Assembly (NCBI GenBank): GCA_049296095.1
Contig: JBAQRV010000001.1
Location: forward strand, 570,001 to 602,000
DNA: 32,000 bases
Direction: 5' to 3'
Origin: Candidatus Saccharimonadota bacterium
Lineage (GTDB): Bacteria > Patescibacteriota > Saccharimonadia > Saccharimonadales > Saccharimonadaceae
Of this stretch, positions 8,272 through 16,741 are shown piece by piece. The position numbers were made by a program, and so were the translations under genes. The notes below the pieces were generated by a model. It searched no databases. It saw nothing but the letters and a program-made list of their open reading frames with translations, and was not told the DNA's origin. Numbering within the stretch: the stretch's first letter is position 1; each line of letters starts with the position of its first letter.

Positions 8272-8565
8272 GTGAGAAGTTATCTTGAAAAGCACCGCCT
8301 GTTATACGGACATATCGGTGCAATAATTGCACTGATTGTCGCTGTAATATATTTGGTAGTAATACCTGGCGAAGTGTTTGAAGCAAGCGGTATACAAAAA
8401 CTAGTCCTTTTATACGGACACTCTTTATGTTGGGTTTTGTTGAGTATAGCAAGCTATTTATGGGGCATAAAAAAGCACAGAAAGTTGACGGCATTTTTTG
8501 CATATTCAGCATTCATTACGTATATTATTTTTATCGGCATTTTAATGATTACTAAATCCGCATAA
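8272..8565 (+). CDS. Small integral membrane protein
   Basis: 97 aa, 3 predicted TM helices, GTG start. TATAAT (8260-8265) lies 6 nt upstream. The antisense 89-aa ORF is rejected. Confidence 0.55.
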   Translation: MRSYLEKHRLLYGHIGAIIALIVAVIYLVVIPGEVFEASGIQKLVLLYGHSLCWVLLSIASYLWGIKKHRKLTAFFAYSAFITYIIFIGILMITKSA

Positions 8566-8612
8566 ATTCTGTGGCCCGTAAGTTGAGCCAAGAGCGCCTA
8601 TTTTAGAGTGTA

Positions 8613-8644
8613 CCCAGTAAGCATTCACGCTACTGGGAATTTTG
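8613..8644 (+). terminator. Intrinsic terminator, copy 1 of a repeated hairpin element
   Basis: Stem CCCAGTA/TACTGGG, loop AGCATTCACGC, then AATTTTG. Shares the 16-mer GCATTCACGCTACTGG with 12133-12148. Confidence 0.5.
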
Positions 8645-8665
8645 ATAACAACTAAATCATCTAAA

Positions 8666-8703
8666 TTAGCACTCTTGTATCGAGAGTGCTAATTCACTAT
8701 ACT
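8666..8703 (+). promoter_or_regulatory. CIRCE operator (HrcA site) embedded in the clpB promoter
   Basis: TTAGCACTC-N9-GAGTGCTAA is a perfect match (8666-8692). The -35 TTGTAT (8675-8680) lies in the spacer and the -10 TATACT is at 8698-8703. Confidence 0.85.
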
Positions 8704-8727
8704 AGCAGTTACAGGAGGTATAGATAT

Positions 8728-10869
8728 ATGCAGCCACAAGAAAGTACAAAAAAACCACTCGAACAATTTGGACAAGATTTTACGGCGCTCGCGCGCGAAG
8801 GCAAATTAGACCCAGTTATTGGCCGCGACGAAGAAATTCGTCGATGTATGCAGGTGTTGTCTCGCCGGAGTAAAAACAACCCCGTACTAATAGGTGAGCC
8901 GGGTGTTGGTAAGACGGCTATTGTAGAGGGCCTCGCACAGCGCATAATTAAAGGTGACGTACCGCAAAGTCTGAAAAACAAACGCGTCGTCGGCTTGGAG
9001 ATCAGTAGTCTGCTCGCTGGTGCCGGATATCGTGGACAATTTGAAGAGCGTCTACAGTCGGTTTTGAAAGAAATTGAAGAAGCTGCTGGAGAAATTATTT
9101 TATTCATTGACGAGATACACACGCTTGTTGGGGCCGGCAAGGCTGAAGGTGCGGTCGACGCTGCCAATATGCTTAAACCAATGATGGCGCGCGGTAAACT
9201 GCATTTAATTGGCGCCACAACACTAGACGAATATCGCCAGTACATTGAAAAAGATGCTGCGCTCGAGCGCCGGTTGCAGCCTGTCTATGTGGGTGAGCCC
9301 GACTTTGATAATACGGTCGCGATACTCCGTGGACTGCAAGAAAAATATGAGGTCCATCACGGCGTAAAAATCTTAGACGAAGCAATTATTGCGGCGGCAC
9401 GGCTTAGTGACCGCTACATAACCGAGCGTTTTTTGCCTGACAAAGCAGTCGATCTTATCGACGAGGCGACTTCGGCGCTCAAGATGCAGCTTGATTCAAA
9501 GCCAATCGAACTTGATCGGTTAAACCGCAAAATCATGCAGCTGCAGATCGAGCAGACAGCGCTCAAAAAGGATAAAAGCGAGAGCGCCAAAGCTCGAAAA
9601 GCCGAAATCGAGCAAGAAATCAAAACTATTCAGGCTAAAGCTGACGAGCTAGATGCGAAATGGCAAAAAGAAAAGAATTTGATAGACAAGCTCAATGCCG
9701 AAAGTGAAAAACTCGAAGCAGCCAAAACCAAACTCGAGATGGCCGAAAATGAGAGCGACCTCACTACCGCTAGTCGTGTTAAATATGGTGAGATTCCTGA
9801 AATCGAGCAAAATCTCACCGAGCTCAGGCGCCAAATCAACATGATACCGGCCGAGCAGCGCCTGCTCCGCGATGAAGTGACGGCAGATGATATTGCCGCT
9901 GTGGTGTCGAGATGGACGGGTATTCCGGTTGATCGGCTCAAAGAAAGCGAAACCCAAAAGCTCGCCCATCTCGAAGATGACTTGCATACGCGTGTGATTG
10001 GCCAAAATCGCGCCGTTGAAGCGGTCGCAAACGCTATTCGCCGTTCGCGGGCTGGCATTGGCGATTATCGCCGACCGATTGGCTCGTTTCTCTTTCTTGG
10101 CCCGACCGGCGTCGGTAAAACCGAGTTAGCCAAAAGTCTTGCCGTCGCGCTATTCGACGACGAGCGAGCTATCACACGTATCGATATGAGCGAATACATG
10201 GAACGGCACGCCGTGTCGCGCCTGATAGGTTCGCCGCCAGGATACATCGGCTACGACCAAGGTGGTCAACTCACCGAAGCAGTGCGTCGTCGACCGTACA
10301 GTATTGTGCTGCTTGATGAGATTGAAAAAGCTCACCAGGATGTATTTAATGTATTGTTGCAGGTACTTGATGACGGCCGCTTGACGGATGGTCAAGGCCG
10401 AACGGTTGATTTCTCAAATACGATCATTATCATGACCAGCAATATCGGTTCGCAGTACATTCAGGAATGGGACGGTAAAAATTTCAGCAGTCTGGAGAGC
10501 CGTCTGCAGCAGGAGTTAAGTCACAATTTCCGCCCCGAATTTATAAACCGTATCGATGATATAGTCATATTTGATCGCATCGACAAAAACGACGTACAGC
10601 ATATTATCGAGATGCAACTCGCGGCATTTCTGGAAGAAGTCGAGAAGTCAAAAGACATTAAGCTGGAGTTTACGCAGAGCGCCAAAAAAGCGCTTGGAGA
10701 AGAAGGCTACGATCCGGCATTTGGCGCGCGGCCTCTAAAACGAGTCATTCAAAAGCGCATCCTCAATGAACTTGCCAAAAGAATTATCGACGGATCAATC
10801 CAGCCGGAATCGGTGGTAACGGTCGACTACAAGAACAACGCGTTTCACTTTGACACAAAATATCGGTAA
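8728..10869 (+). CDS. clpB: ATP-dependent chaperone ClpB, lacking the N-terminal domain
   Basis: Begins directly at the ...[15 protein letters not shown] / [21 protein letters not shown]1 region. Has a long coiled-coil M-domain and NBD2 ([12 protein letters not shown]). AGGAGG lies upstream of the ATG at 8728. The ORF-track start at 8686 is rejected. Confidence 0.9.
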   Translation: MQPQESTKKPLEQFGQDFTALAREGKLDPVIGRDEEIRRCMQVLSRRSKNNPVLIGEPGVGKTAIVEGLAQRIIKGDVPQSLKNKRVVGLEISSLLAGAGYRGQFEERLQSVLKEIEEAAGEIILFIDEIHTLVGAGKAEGAVDAANMLKPMMARGKLHLIGATTLDEYRQYIEKDAALERRLQPVYVGEPDFDNTVAILRGLQEKYEVHHGVKILDEAIIAAARLSDRYITERFLPDKAVDLIDEATSALKMQLDSKPIELDRLNRKIMQLQIEQTALKKDKSESAKARKAEIEQEIKTIQAKADELDAKWQKEKNLIDKLNAESEKLEAAKTKLEMAENESDLTTASRVKYGEIPEIEQNLTELRRQINMIPAEQRLLRDEVTADDIAAVVSRWTGIPVDRLKESETQKLAHLEDDLHTRVIGQNRAVEAVANAIRRSRAGIGDYRRPIGSFLFLGPTGVGKTELAKSLAVALFDDERAITRIDMSEYMERHAVSRLIGSPPGYIGYDQGGQLTEAVRRRPYSIVLLDEIEKAHQDVFNVLLQVLDDGRLTDGQGRTVDFSNTIIIMTSNIGSQYIQEWDGKNFSSLESRLQQELSHNFRPEFINRIDDIVIFDRIDKNDVQHIIEMQLAAFLEEVEKSKDIKLEFTQSAKKALGEEGYDPAFGARPLKRVIQKRILNELAKRIIDGSIQPESVVTVDYKNNAFHFDTKYR

Positions 10870-10905
10870 ACCAATGTGCTTTTAGGTTTAGCAGTTATCC
10901 GTAAA

Positions 10906-10943
10906 TTAGCACTCTTGACATGAGAGTGCTAATTTTCTATACT
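10906..10943 (+). promoter_or_regulatory. CIRCE operator embedded in the hsp20 promoter
   Basis: Perfect TTAGCACTC-N9-GAGTGCTAA (10906-10932). TTGACA (10915-10920) lies in the spacer, then 17 nt, then TATACT (10938-10943). Confidence 0.85.
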
Positions 10944-11004
10944 GAACGTAGAAGCTTTTATGCTTCTCTGGAAACCATTAATGCAATGATGAAAGGAGAA
11001 TGGT

Positions 11005-11430
11005 ATGAGCAACCTTGTAAAGTGGGATCCGTTTGCAGAACTTTCTGCACTACAAAAACAATTCTTTGGCGATGACTGGATGTCGCCCCTAAAAGGCGTT
11101 AACATTCCGACGACCGACGTCTTTACTAAAGATAATAACCTTGTGGTTGAGGCGCATCTGCCTAACTTTGAGCAGAAAGATGTCAATATTGAAGTGGAGA
11201 ACGGTACACTCGTGATTAGTGCCGAACGTCACGAAAAAGAGGAAGATAAAGGCAAGCAATACGTTGTGCGTGAAAGCTCAAGTAGCTTCTACCGACGCAT
11301 TGCACTACCAAAGAGAGCAGACGCTGACAAAATCGAGGCACACCTCGATGACGGAGTCCTAAAAGTGAGCGTACCGCTCACACCACTGCCTGAACCAAAG
11401 AAAATTGCTATCTCGTCGAAGAAGAAATAA
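11005..11430 (+). CDS. Small heat-shock protein, Hsp20/alpha-crystallin family
   Basis: 141 aa with alpha-crystallin-domain motifs (F.R...LP....ADKIEAHLDDGVLKVSVP). SD AAAGGAG upstream. Confidence 0.9.
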   Translation: MSNLVKWDPFAELSALQKQFFGDDWMSPLKGVNIPTTDVFTKDNNLVVEAHLPNFEQKDVNIEVENGTLVISAERHEKEEDKGKQYVVRESSSSFYRRIALPKRADADKIEAHLDDGVLKVSVPLTPLPEPKKIAISSKKK

Positions 11431-11450
11431 GTCCAGGCAGATCGTCTTAA

Positions 11451-11478
11451 AAGAGGCTCAATCTGAGCCTCTTTTTGC
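11451..11478 (+). terminator. Intrinsic terminator after hsp20
   Basis: 10-bp stem AAGAGGCTCA/TGAGCCTCTT with a 3-nt loop, followed by TTTT. Confidence 0.75.
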
Positions 11479-11484
11479 TTATTT

Positions 11485-11540
11485 TTTGAGACAGTCTCAA
11501 ATATAGCGTTTCGTGTCTCATTTGTCCCGTTTTGTGTCTC
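11485..11540 (+). promoter_or_regulatory. Putative operator array: palindrome plus phased GTCTC repeats
   Basis: TTTGAGAC-A-GTCTCAAA palindrome (11485-11501). GTCTC occurs at 11494, 11515 and 11536, exactly 21 bp apart, upstream of TATAAT at 11623. Confidence 0.35.
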
Positions 11541-11635
11541 GCCACCCCTGTAATTGTTCCGTGACCTGTATGGGGAGCCAAGCATAAGCACTTTCTTTAG
11601 AGAGAGTGTTTTTGTTTTCATGTATAATTACTGAT

Positions 11636-12067
11636 ATGGCAGACGAAACTTTTTCGGATGATTTTCACGATGAAGATCCTGAGCACCTACAGCGCATAGA
11701 GGATCTCAAGACGGCATCACGCCAGATTGATCCGAATGGTTGGATTAATCAGGAGATTAGTCATTTTGAAACGCGTTCGCGCGAAATTGACAGCGGCGCT
11801 ACTGGCGAGTATGATGTTGTGTCATACGACAATGACATCATCTACCAAGATAAAGAATTTAGAGAACTTCAGGAAAAATTACGTCAAGCATACGACTCAG
11901 CGCTACTGGGTGTAGCTGAATTACAAAAGGCACAAAGGACTGTATCTGAAAGACGAGATCTGCTAACAAATATCGACAGACGTGCCCAGTATTCTGCTCA
12001 CAAGATTTTGGGTAAAGTTGACGTGACAGTTGAGGATATATTTCCATCTGATCCTAAGACAAGTTAG
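11636..12067 (+). CDS. Hypothetical acidic protein
   Basis: 143 aa from the ATG at 11636. TATAAT (11623-11628) lies 7 nt upstream. No recognisable domain. Confidence 0.55.
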   Translation: MADETFSDDFHDEDPEHLQRIEDLKTASRQIDPNGWINQEISHFETRSREIDSGATGEYDVVSYDNDIIYQDKEFRELQEKLRQAYDSALLGVAELQKAQRTVSERRDLLTNIDRRAQYSAHKILGKVDVTVEDIFPSDPKTS

Positions 12068-12124
12068 TTGCAAAGCACGTTCAATAGGAAGAGCCAATAT
12101 TATCAAACTACAAACTCAAATAGC

Positions 12125-12154
12125 ATCCAGTGGCATTCACGCTACTGGATTTTG
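12125..12154 (+). terminator. Intrinsic terminator, copy 2 of the repeated hairpin element
   Basis: Stem ATCCAGT/ACTGGAT, loop GGCATTCACGCT, then TTTG. Confidence 0.5.
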
Positions 12155-12246
12155 CTGTAATAAAGCCATGAATAAGTACTGTTTAGAAAACGACAGGAGC
12201 TGAAGGGGATGGGTACTTTCAGGATCAACTTGCTACAATAGAGCCA

Positions 12247-12939
12247 GTGAGAATAACAACCCTTAATCTTCAACAGTTTATTGATTGGCAGTCACGGCAG
12301 CCAGCTATCCTCGAGTACCTTCAATCTATATCCGCTGACGTTATTTTATTTCAGGAAGTGGTATTTCTCCCGACAATATCTCCGTATAATCAAGTGCAGT
12401 TACTGAATCAAACATTGGGCTATTCCTATAGCCACAGTGCAATAACAAGGCTGCAAGACAGCCCGAACTACGAAACCTACCGAGAGGGTTTAGCAGCACT
12501 GAGTAAATACCCCGTTACTCAATCGGACACGATCATTTTGAAAAAGGCAGCCGGTGATGAGCATAATCGCATCGTTCAACTGTTGGACATCTCGTTTAAT
12601 GATAAAATTATCAAATTTGCAAATGTTCATTTCTCTCTGACAGATAAGGCTGATTTTGCGACGGCTCACCTCAAAGAGACACTAGAAATTCTGGCTATGC
12701 GCGGTGAGGACAGGATCATCGCTGGCGATTTCAACCTAGAGAATCTAGCGGAACTTTCAGATGTATGGGAGGATCGATATCGATGCTCATCGGAAAAAGA
12801 CTATGTCTCATTCCCGTCGATGGATAAGCGAGTCGATTATTTTCTTATCCCTAAAAACTATTCATTTATAGACATTTCAACTTCTGATGACAGTCTGTCT
12901 GATCATCGGGCCGTTACGGTCGATATAGACCTGGGGTAG
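12247..12939 (+). CDS. Endonuclease/exonuclease/phosphatase (EEP) family protein
   Basis: 230 aa with RITTLNLQ..., ILFQEV, GDFN and SDHRAVTVDI motifs. GTG start 7 nt after TGcTACAAT. Confidence 0.8.
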   Translation: MRITTLNLQQFIDWQSRQPAILEYLQSISADVILFQEVVFLPTISPYNQVQLLNQTLGYSYSHSAITRLQDSPNYETYREGLAALSKYPVTQSDTIILKKAAGDEHNRIVQLLDISFNDKIIKFANVHFSLTDKADFATAHLKETLEILAMRGEDRIIAGDFNLENLAELSDVWEDRYRCSSEKDYVSFPSMDKRVDYFLIPKNYSFIDISTSDDSLSDHRAVTVDIDLG

Positions 12940-12947
12940 GAAATCAA

Positions 12948-13343
12948 TCACTTTTTTGTACGAGTGACCTTTATCTCGCGGTAGAGGACTGGACCGTAGA
13001 GGAGGAAGCCGATTGAGACGGCAATCGACAAGAATTCAAGAACGGTAATAGCGACTGGTGGCGGAGTGGTGAAGAAAAAGCCTGCCTGGTCACCGGCAAC
13101 CAAGAAGAGCATGATGATTGCGTTGATAATGACAAGGATAGATGTGACCCTTGGTTTTATGAACAGAAAGACAGAGGCGGTGAGAGGAATGCCGAGTGAA
13201 GCCGCAATAAAGAAGGGTACGATGACGTAGGTTCTAAGGTCAGGGTTTCGCGGTTCAAAGCCAAGTGGGGTAAGGAGGTAGCCGAATACGATCGCAAGAA
13301 GAAGGAGTGTGCCAATGATTGTTTGGGTTTTTGATAGTTTCAT
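12948..13343 (-). CDS. Integral membrane protein (4 TM), unknown function
   Basis: 131-aa hydrophobic ORF, convergent with the EEP gene. Confidence 0.6.
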   Translation of the reverse strand: MKLSKTQTIIGTLLLLAIVFGYLLTPLGFEPRNPDLRTYVIVPFFIAASLGIPLTASVFLFIKPRVTSILVIINAIIMLFLVAGDQAGFFFTTPPPVAITVLEFLSIAVSIGFLLYGPVLYREIKVTRTKK

Positions 13344-13411
13344 ACAATCTAATATACTCCCGAATTGTTTGTTGTAGGGCGTATACTATAACTATAAAAG
13401 GAGAACGTATC

Positions 13412-13615
13412 ATGACACATCACGATAAAACCGTAAAAGTAATCGATCGGGCAGGTCCAATTGGGTTTATATTCTTTCTCGCCTACATCGGTGCTGCGAT
13501 TTACTTTATTCAGCAAAGCTCGGGTGGTTTCTGGGAAGTAATTCTCGGCTTGCTGCAAGCGGCGGTTTGGCCAGTCTATGTGGTCTATCACGTCTTAGTT
13601 ATCCTCGGCGCCTAG
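13412..13615 (+). CDS. Small membrane protein (2 TM)
   Basis: 67 aa from the internal ATG at 13412, preceded by AAAGGAG. The longer ORF-track start at 13319 overlaps the divergent gene and is rejected. Confidence 0.55.
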   Translation: MTHHDKTVKVIDRAGPIGFIFFLAYIGAAIYFIQQSSGGFWEVILGLLQAAVWPVYVVYHVLVILGA

Positions 13616-13631
13616 AAGTAGTATTTCCTAC

Positions 13632-13660
13632 TTGACATACTTTTCATACTTTTTTATAGT
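13632..13660 (+). promoter_or_regulatory. Sigma70-type promoter (TTGACA-17-TATAGT) of the abrB-like/MFS operon
   Basis: TTGACA at 13632-13637 and TATAGT at 13655-13660. The ATG at 13667 is only 6 nt downstream. Confidence 0.6.
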
Positions 13661-13666
13661 TGAGGT

Positions 13667-13906
13667 ATGCACGACAAGAAGCTCTATGGAACCGCGAGCG
13701 TAGGGAGTAAAGGCCAAGTGGTCATTCCTGCTGATGCCCGTCAGGCTTTGAATATTCAACCTGGCGATCGTTTGTATGTGGTTGGTTCTGAGAAGTCTCA
13801 TTGGGTTGGATTTATCCCCGAGGATCAGTTGCGACATATGGTCGAACACCTCACCAGTGACATTGAGTCGTATCGATCACTATTAGAAAAAACAGACAAG
13901 GAATAA
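13667..13906 (+). CDS. AbrB/MazE/SpoVT-family DNA-binding protein
   Basis: 79 aa with SKGQVVIPADARQALNIQPGDRLYVVG, a swapped-hairpin barrel motif. Confidence 0.75.
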   Translation: MHDKKLYGTASVGSKGQVVIPADARQALNIQPGDRLYVVGSEKSHWVGFIPEDQLRHMVEHLTSDIESYRSLLEKTDKE

Positions 13907-13912
13907 GACCAC

Positions 13913-15601
13913 ATGCATCACCATCTCAGCTTGCGTAGCAAGCTCATTATCATGATTTCAGTTATGGCCAGCCTCTTTTTAGTGGCGTTGGACCAGACAA
14001 TTATCGCAACCGCCCTCGGTAAGATCACCGAGGAATTTAATGCTTTCAACTCATTGAGTTGGATCGTGACAGCGTATCTCATTACCACCACGATCACCGT
14101 GCCAATTGCCGGAAAATTGTCAGATTTGTTTGGCCGTCGAAATATCCTTTTGATTGGTGTGGCTATCTTTGCTCTCGGCTCCTTAATGGGTGGGATGAGC
14201 GGCGACGTGACACAACTCATTATTTGGCGAGCGATCCAAGGTATCGGAGGCGGTATTATTACGGCCAACGCCTTCACTATTGTCGGCGACTTGTTTGCTG
14301 CTCGTGAGCGAGGGAAATGGCAAGGTCTGATCGGGGCTGTCTTTGGGTTGAGCTCGGTGATTGGTCCGCTACTTGGCGGATGGCTCACTGAAGGTCAACA
14401 CTTCTTTGGTCTCACGACCGACTGGCGCTGGACATTTTTCATCAATGTTCCGATTGGCATCGTTGCTTTTATTATGATTGCTATCTTCTCGCCAGACTTT
14501 AAGCATGCGAAGAAAGCGGTGATCGATTATGGTGGCGCGGCACTTCTGACTATCGGGCTGGCGACGCTCATCTTGGCAGTTGATAATACTGAGACTATCT
14601 TTGCTGGATTAACGGAAGCAACTGGCCTGACTTTGGCTTGGCTGAGGGTCATTATGTTTAGTATTGTGGCAGCTTCACTAGCTGGCTTTATTGCAGTCGA
14701 ACGACGCGTCAAAGAACCGATTCTCTCTCTGTCCTTCTTTAGAAATCGTAACTACGTCCTCATTATTAGTGTGGCAGTATTGTTCGGAGCGGCTTTTATG
14801 GGGTCGATCTTGTATCTGACACAGTTTAACCAACAGGTGTTTGGTGCATCGCCAACCGAATCTGGTCTTATGTTGCTGCCACTGGTCGCTGGAATTATGG
14901 TGACGAGTATTGGTGCTGGGCAGATTATCTCTCGGACCGGGAAATATAAAATATTCATTCAAACTGGTTTTATATTGGCAACGATTGGCATGCTGCTGCT
15001 TACGACGCTGACGCCTGAGGTTGGATACGGGTATGAAGCCTTTATTATGGTCATCCTCGGTCTCGGTATGGGAGTGGCGATGCCCGTGCTTAACCTGGCG
15101 ATTCAGAATGAATTTGAACAAAAGGACCTTGGTGCAGCGACGAGCTCTAACCAACTATTCCGTAGCCTTGGTTCAACCATCGGGACGGCTGTGTTTGGGG
15201 CGATGCTGACAGCGGGGATTATTGCGAACCTTCCTGCAATTCAAGAGACGGCATATTTAAAGACATTAAGCCAGAGTTCACAGGTGACGCAGTTGGGTAG
15301 TCTCGATGATGCAAATACGCTCCTCCGCCTCAATATGGCTGATACAAAGGCAGTGATTAATGAACAGGCCGAAAAGCAGTTTACATCGCTTCCAGTGATG
15401 GCTCAAGAGCAAGCGAGGACAGCGTTTGTTACTCAGCAGGATGAATATGCTGAAAAGGTAACAGGAGTATTCTCAGATAGTCTCCATACCATCTTTATGA
15501 TTGCTTCCGGGTTGATGATTGCCTCTACTGTTCTCGTGTTCCTTTTCAAGGAACGTCAGCTCAAGCCTGCATCACCAGAGATGACGCCCGGGGAAGTGTA
15601 G
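13913..15601 (+). CDS. MFS transporter, DHA2 (EmrB/QacA-like, 14-TM) drug:H+ antiporter family
   Basis: 562 aa with LDQTIIATAL, GKLSDLFGRR and WRAIQGIGGG motifs and a long C-terminal extension. Confidence 0.9.
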   Translation: MHHHLSLRSKLIIMISVMASLFLVALDQTIIATALGKITEEFNAFNSLSWIVTAYLITTTITVPIAGKLSDLFGRRNILLIGVAIFALGSLMGGMSGDVTQLIIWRAIQGIGGGIITANAFTIVGDLFAARERGKWQGLIGAVFGLSSVIGPLLGGWLTEGQHFFGLTTDWRWTFFINVPIGIVAFIMIAIFSPDFKHAKKAVIDYGGAALLTIGLATLILAVDNTETIFAGLTEATGLTLAWLRVIMFSIVAASLAGFIAVERRVKEPILSLSFFRNRNYVLIISVAVLFGAAFMGSILYLTQFNQQVFGASPTESGLMLLPLVAGIMVTSIGAGQIISRTGKYKIFIQTGFILATIGMLLLTTLTPEVGYGYEAFIMVILGLGMGVAMPVLNLAIQNEFEQKDLGAATSSNQLFRSLGSTIGTAVFGAMLTAGIIANLPAIQETAYLKTLSQSSQVTQLGSLDDANTLLRLNMADTKAVINEQAEKQFTSLPVMAQEQARTAFVTQQDEYAEKVTGVFSDSLHTIFMIASGLMIASTVLVFLFKERQLKPASPEMTPGEV

Positions 15602-15809
15602 TATTATTTACATTCTCAGTTCGTTTTTTGAGAAAACGCTTGTGCTGTCTCGTTAACTCTTTTAAGATATAAACAATAGCGTGATGAACAGACGCATTCT
15701 TGACTGTTGGGCTTTGAATTGATACTATAGTTGATGTGTCCCACGCCAAAACTATAAATAAAGGTCGGAGTGCGAGGGGCTGTACATAGTACAAGGAGTG
15801 TTTAATCAC

Positions 15810-15902
15810 ATGCCAATAGCAATCGAATTTGTGCCATCACGGCGCAAAAAGATCGCAGTGGATGTGGTGCCCGCCGAATGGCGAATCTTCATTGCACATT
15901 AA
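15810..15902 (+). CDS. Candidate 30-aa small ORF (MPIAIEFVPSRRKKIAVDVVPAEWRIFIAH)
   Basis: Below the ORF-track cutoff. AAGGAG lies 11 nt upstream, a promoter-like TTGACT-17-TACTAT is at 15700-15728, and a terminator lies downstream. Confidence 0.25.
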   Translation: MPIAIEFVPSRRKKIAVDVVPAEWRIFIAH

Positions 15903-15946
15903 CAGTTACGACTGTTCGTGCAAAATCAATTTGCAACAAAAAAATG

Positions 15947-15972
15947 AAACACCCCAAGGCACCGGGGTGTTT
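15947..15972. terminator. Bidirectional intrinsic terminator
   Basis: Stem AAACACCCC/GGGGTGTTT flanked by an A7 tract upstream and a T-rich tract downstream. Sits between convergent units. Confidence 0.7.
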
Positions 15973-15987
15973 TAAATTTATATCTTT

Positions 15988-16683
15988 TTATTGATTCAAT
16001 GCTTTATCGATGAGTGCCTTGAGGGCGGTCGTGTCACCCTGGACGAGACCACTAGAGACGGTGTCGTCTACCTTTGTCCCGTCGAGAACGAACGTAGGGG
16101 TCGATTTGGTAAAGCCGGTCTCTTTAAAGAGAGATTCATCAAAGGAGATCTTTTTCTTAACAGATTCGCTATTCAGATCGGCGAGGAATTGATCCTTGTT
16201 AAGTTCGAGCGTCTCGGCATAGGTGGTGAATACCTCGGTACGTTTTGTGCTGTCGAGAGAACTCCAGGCATCTTGATTTTCAAAGATCATATCGTGCATT
16301 TGCCAGTATTTACCCTGGAGTCCAGCTGCTTCGGCAACCCCAGCCGCTGCGCGAGCATTTGGATGGATGCTGGTGAGGGGTAAGTTACGGAAGATAAACA
16401 AGATCTTATCACCATATTCATCAGTGAGCGCCTTAACCTGAGGGTGAGCACTCCCACAACTTGGACACTGGAAGTCTCCATATTCAATCAAGACAACTTT
16501 ACTGTCATTGCTACCGATAGTATGGTCAGCAATTTGACCGTTTTGGTCACTCGCCCCAATAAAAGCATTGATATTAGTTGAGCCAATATCAACACCAGGG
16601 TTTGTGATACGAGAATAGACGACAAGTCCCCCGATGAGTAATACGACGGCGGCGCCAAAAATGATCCAGGCAATTTTGTTCAT
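15988..16683 (-). CDS. DsbA-like thiol:disulfide oxidoreductase, membrane-anchored
   Basis: 231 aa from MNKIAWIIF (GGAG SD upstream), with an N-terminal TM helix and FQCPSC CxxC motif. The 110-aa upstream extension in the ORF track is rejected. Confidence 0.8.
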   Translation of the reverse strand: MNKIAWIIFGAAVVLLIGGLVVYSRITNPGVDIGSTNINAFIGASDQNGQIADHTIGSNDSKVVLIEYGDFQCPSCGSAHPQVKALTDEYGDKILFIFRNLPLTSIHPNARAAAGVAEAAGLQGKYWQMHDMIFENQDAWSSLDSTKRTEVFTTYAETLELNKDQFLADLNSESVKKKISFDESLFKETGFTKSTPTFVLDGTKVDDTVSSGLVQGDTTALKALIDKALNQ

Positions 16684-16741
16684 AAAGTCTCCAATTACTG
16701 TTTCTATTGTAGCAGACGCGTGGGGCCAACTAGGGTACAAT

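Noticed and set aside
8709-10395. Multiple 60-178-aa minus-strand ORFs inside clpB (8709-9245, 9173-9385, 9414-9623, 9630-10058, 9649-10005, 10065-10247, 10150-10395).
   Set aside because: They are shadow ORFs antisense to a confidently identified, motif-rich clpB. They have low-complexity Ser/Arg/Ala-rich translations and no start signals.
11289-11621. A 110-aa minus-strand ORF spanning the hsp20 3' end, the terminator and the GTCTC repeat region.
   Set aside because: It runs through an intrinsic terminator and overlaps hsp20 antisense. There are no initiation signals.
13617-13634. The AAGTAG/CTACTT 6-bp hairpin after the 67-aa gene, considered as a terminator.
   Set aside because: The stem is short and AT-rich and overlaps the -35 of the next promoter. 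It is too weak to call.
15561-15809. An 82-aa minus-strand ORF in the MFS/dsbA intergenic region.
   Set aside because: It overlaps the 3' end of the MFS gene and has no SD or promoter. It runs antisense to a better-supported plus-strand promoter/SD/small-ORF/terminator unit.
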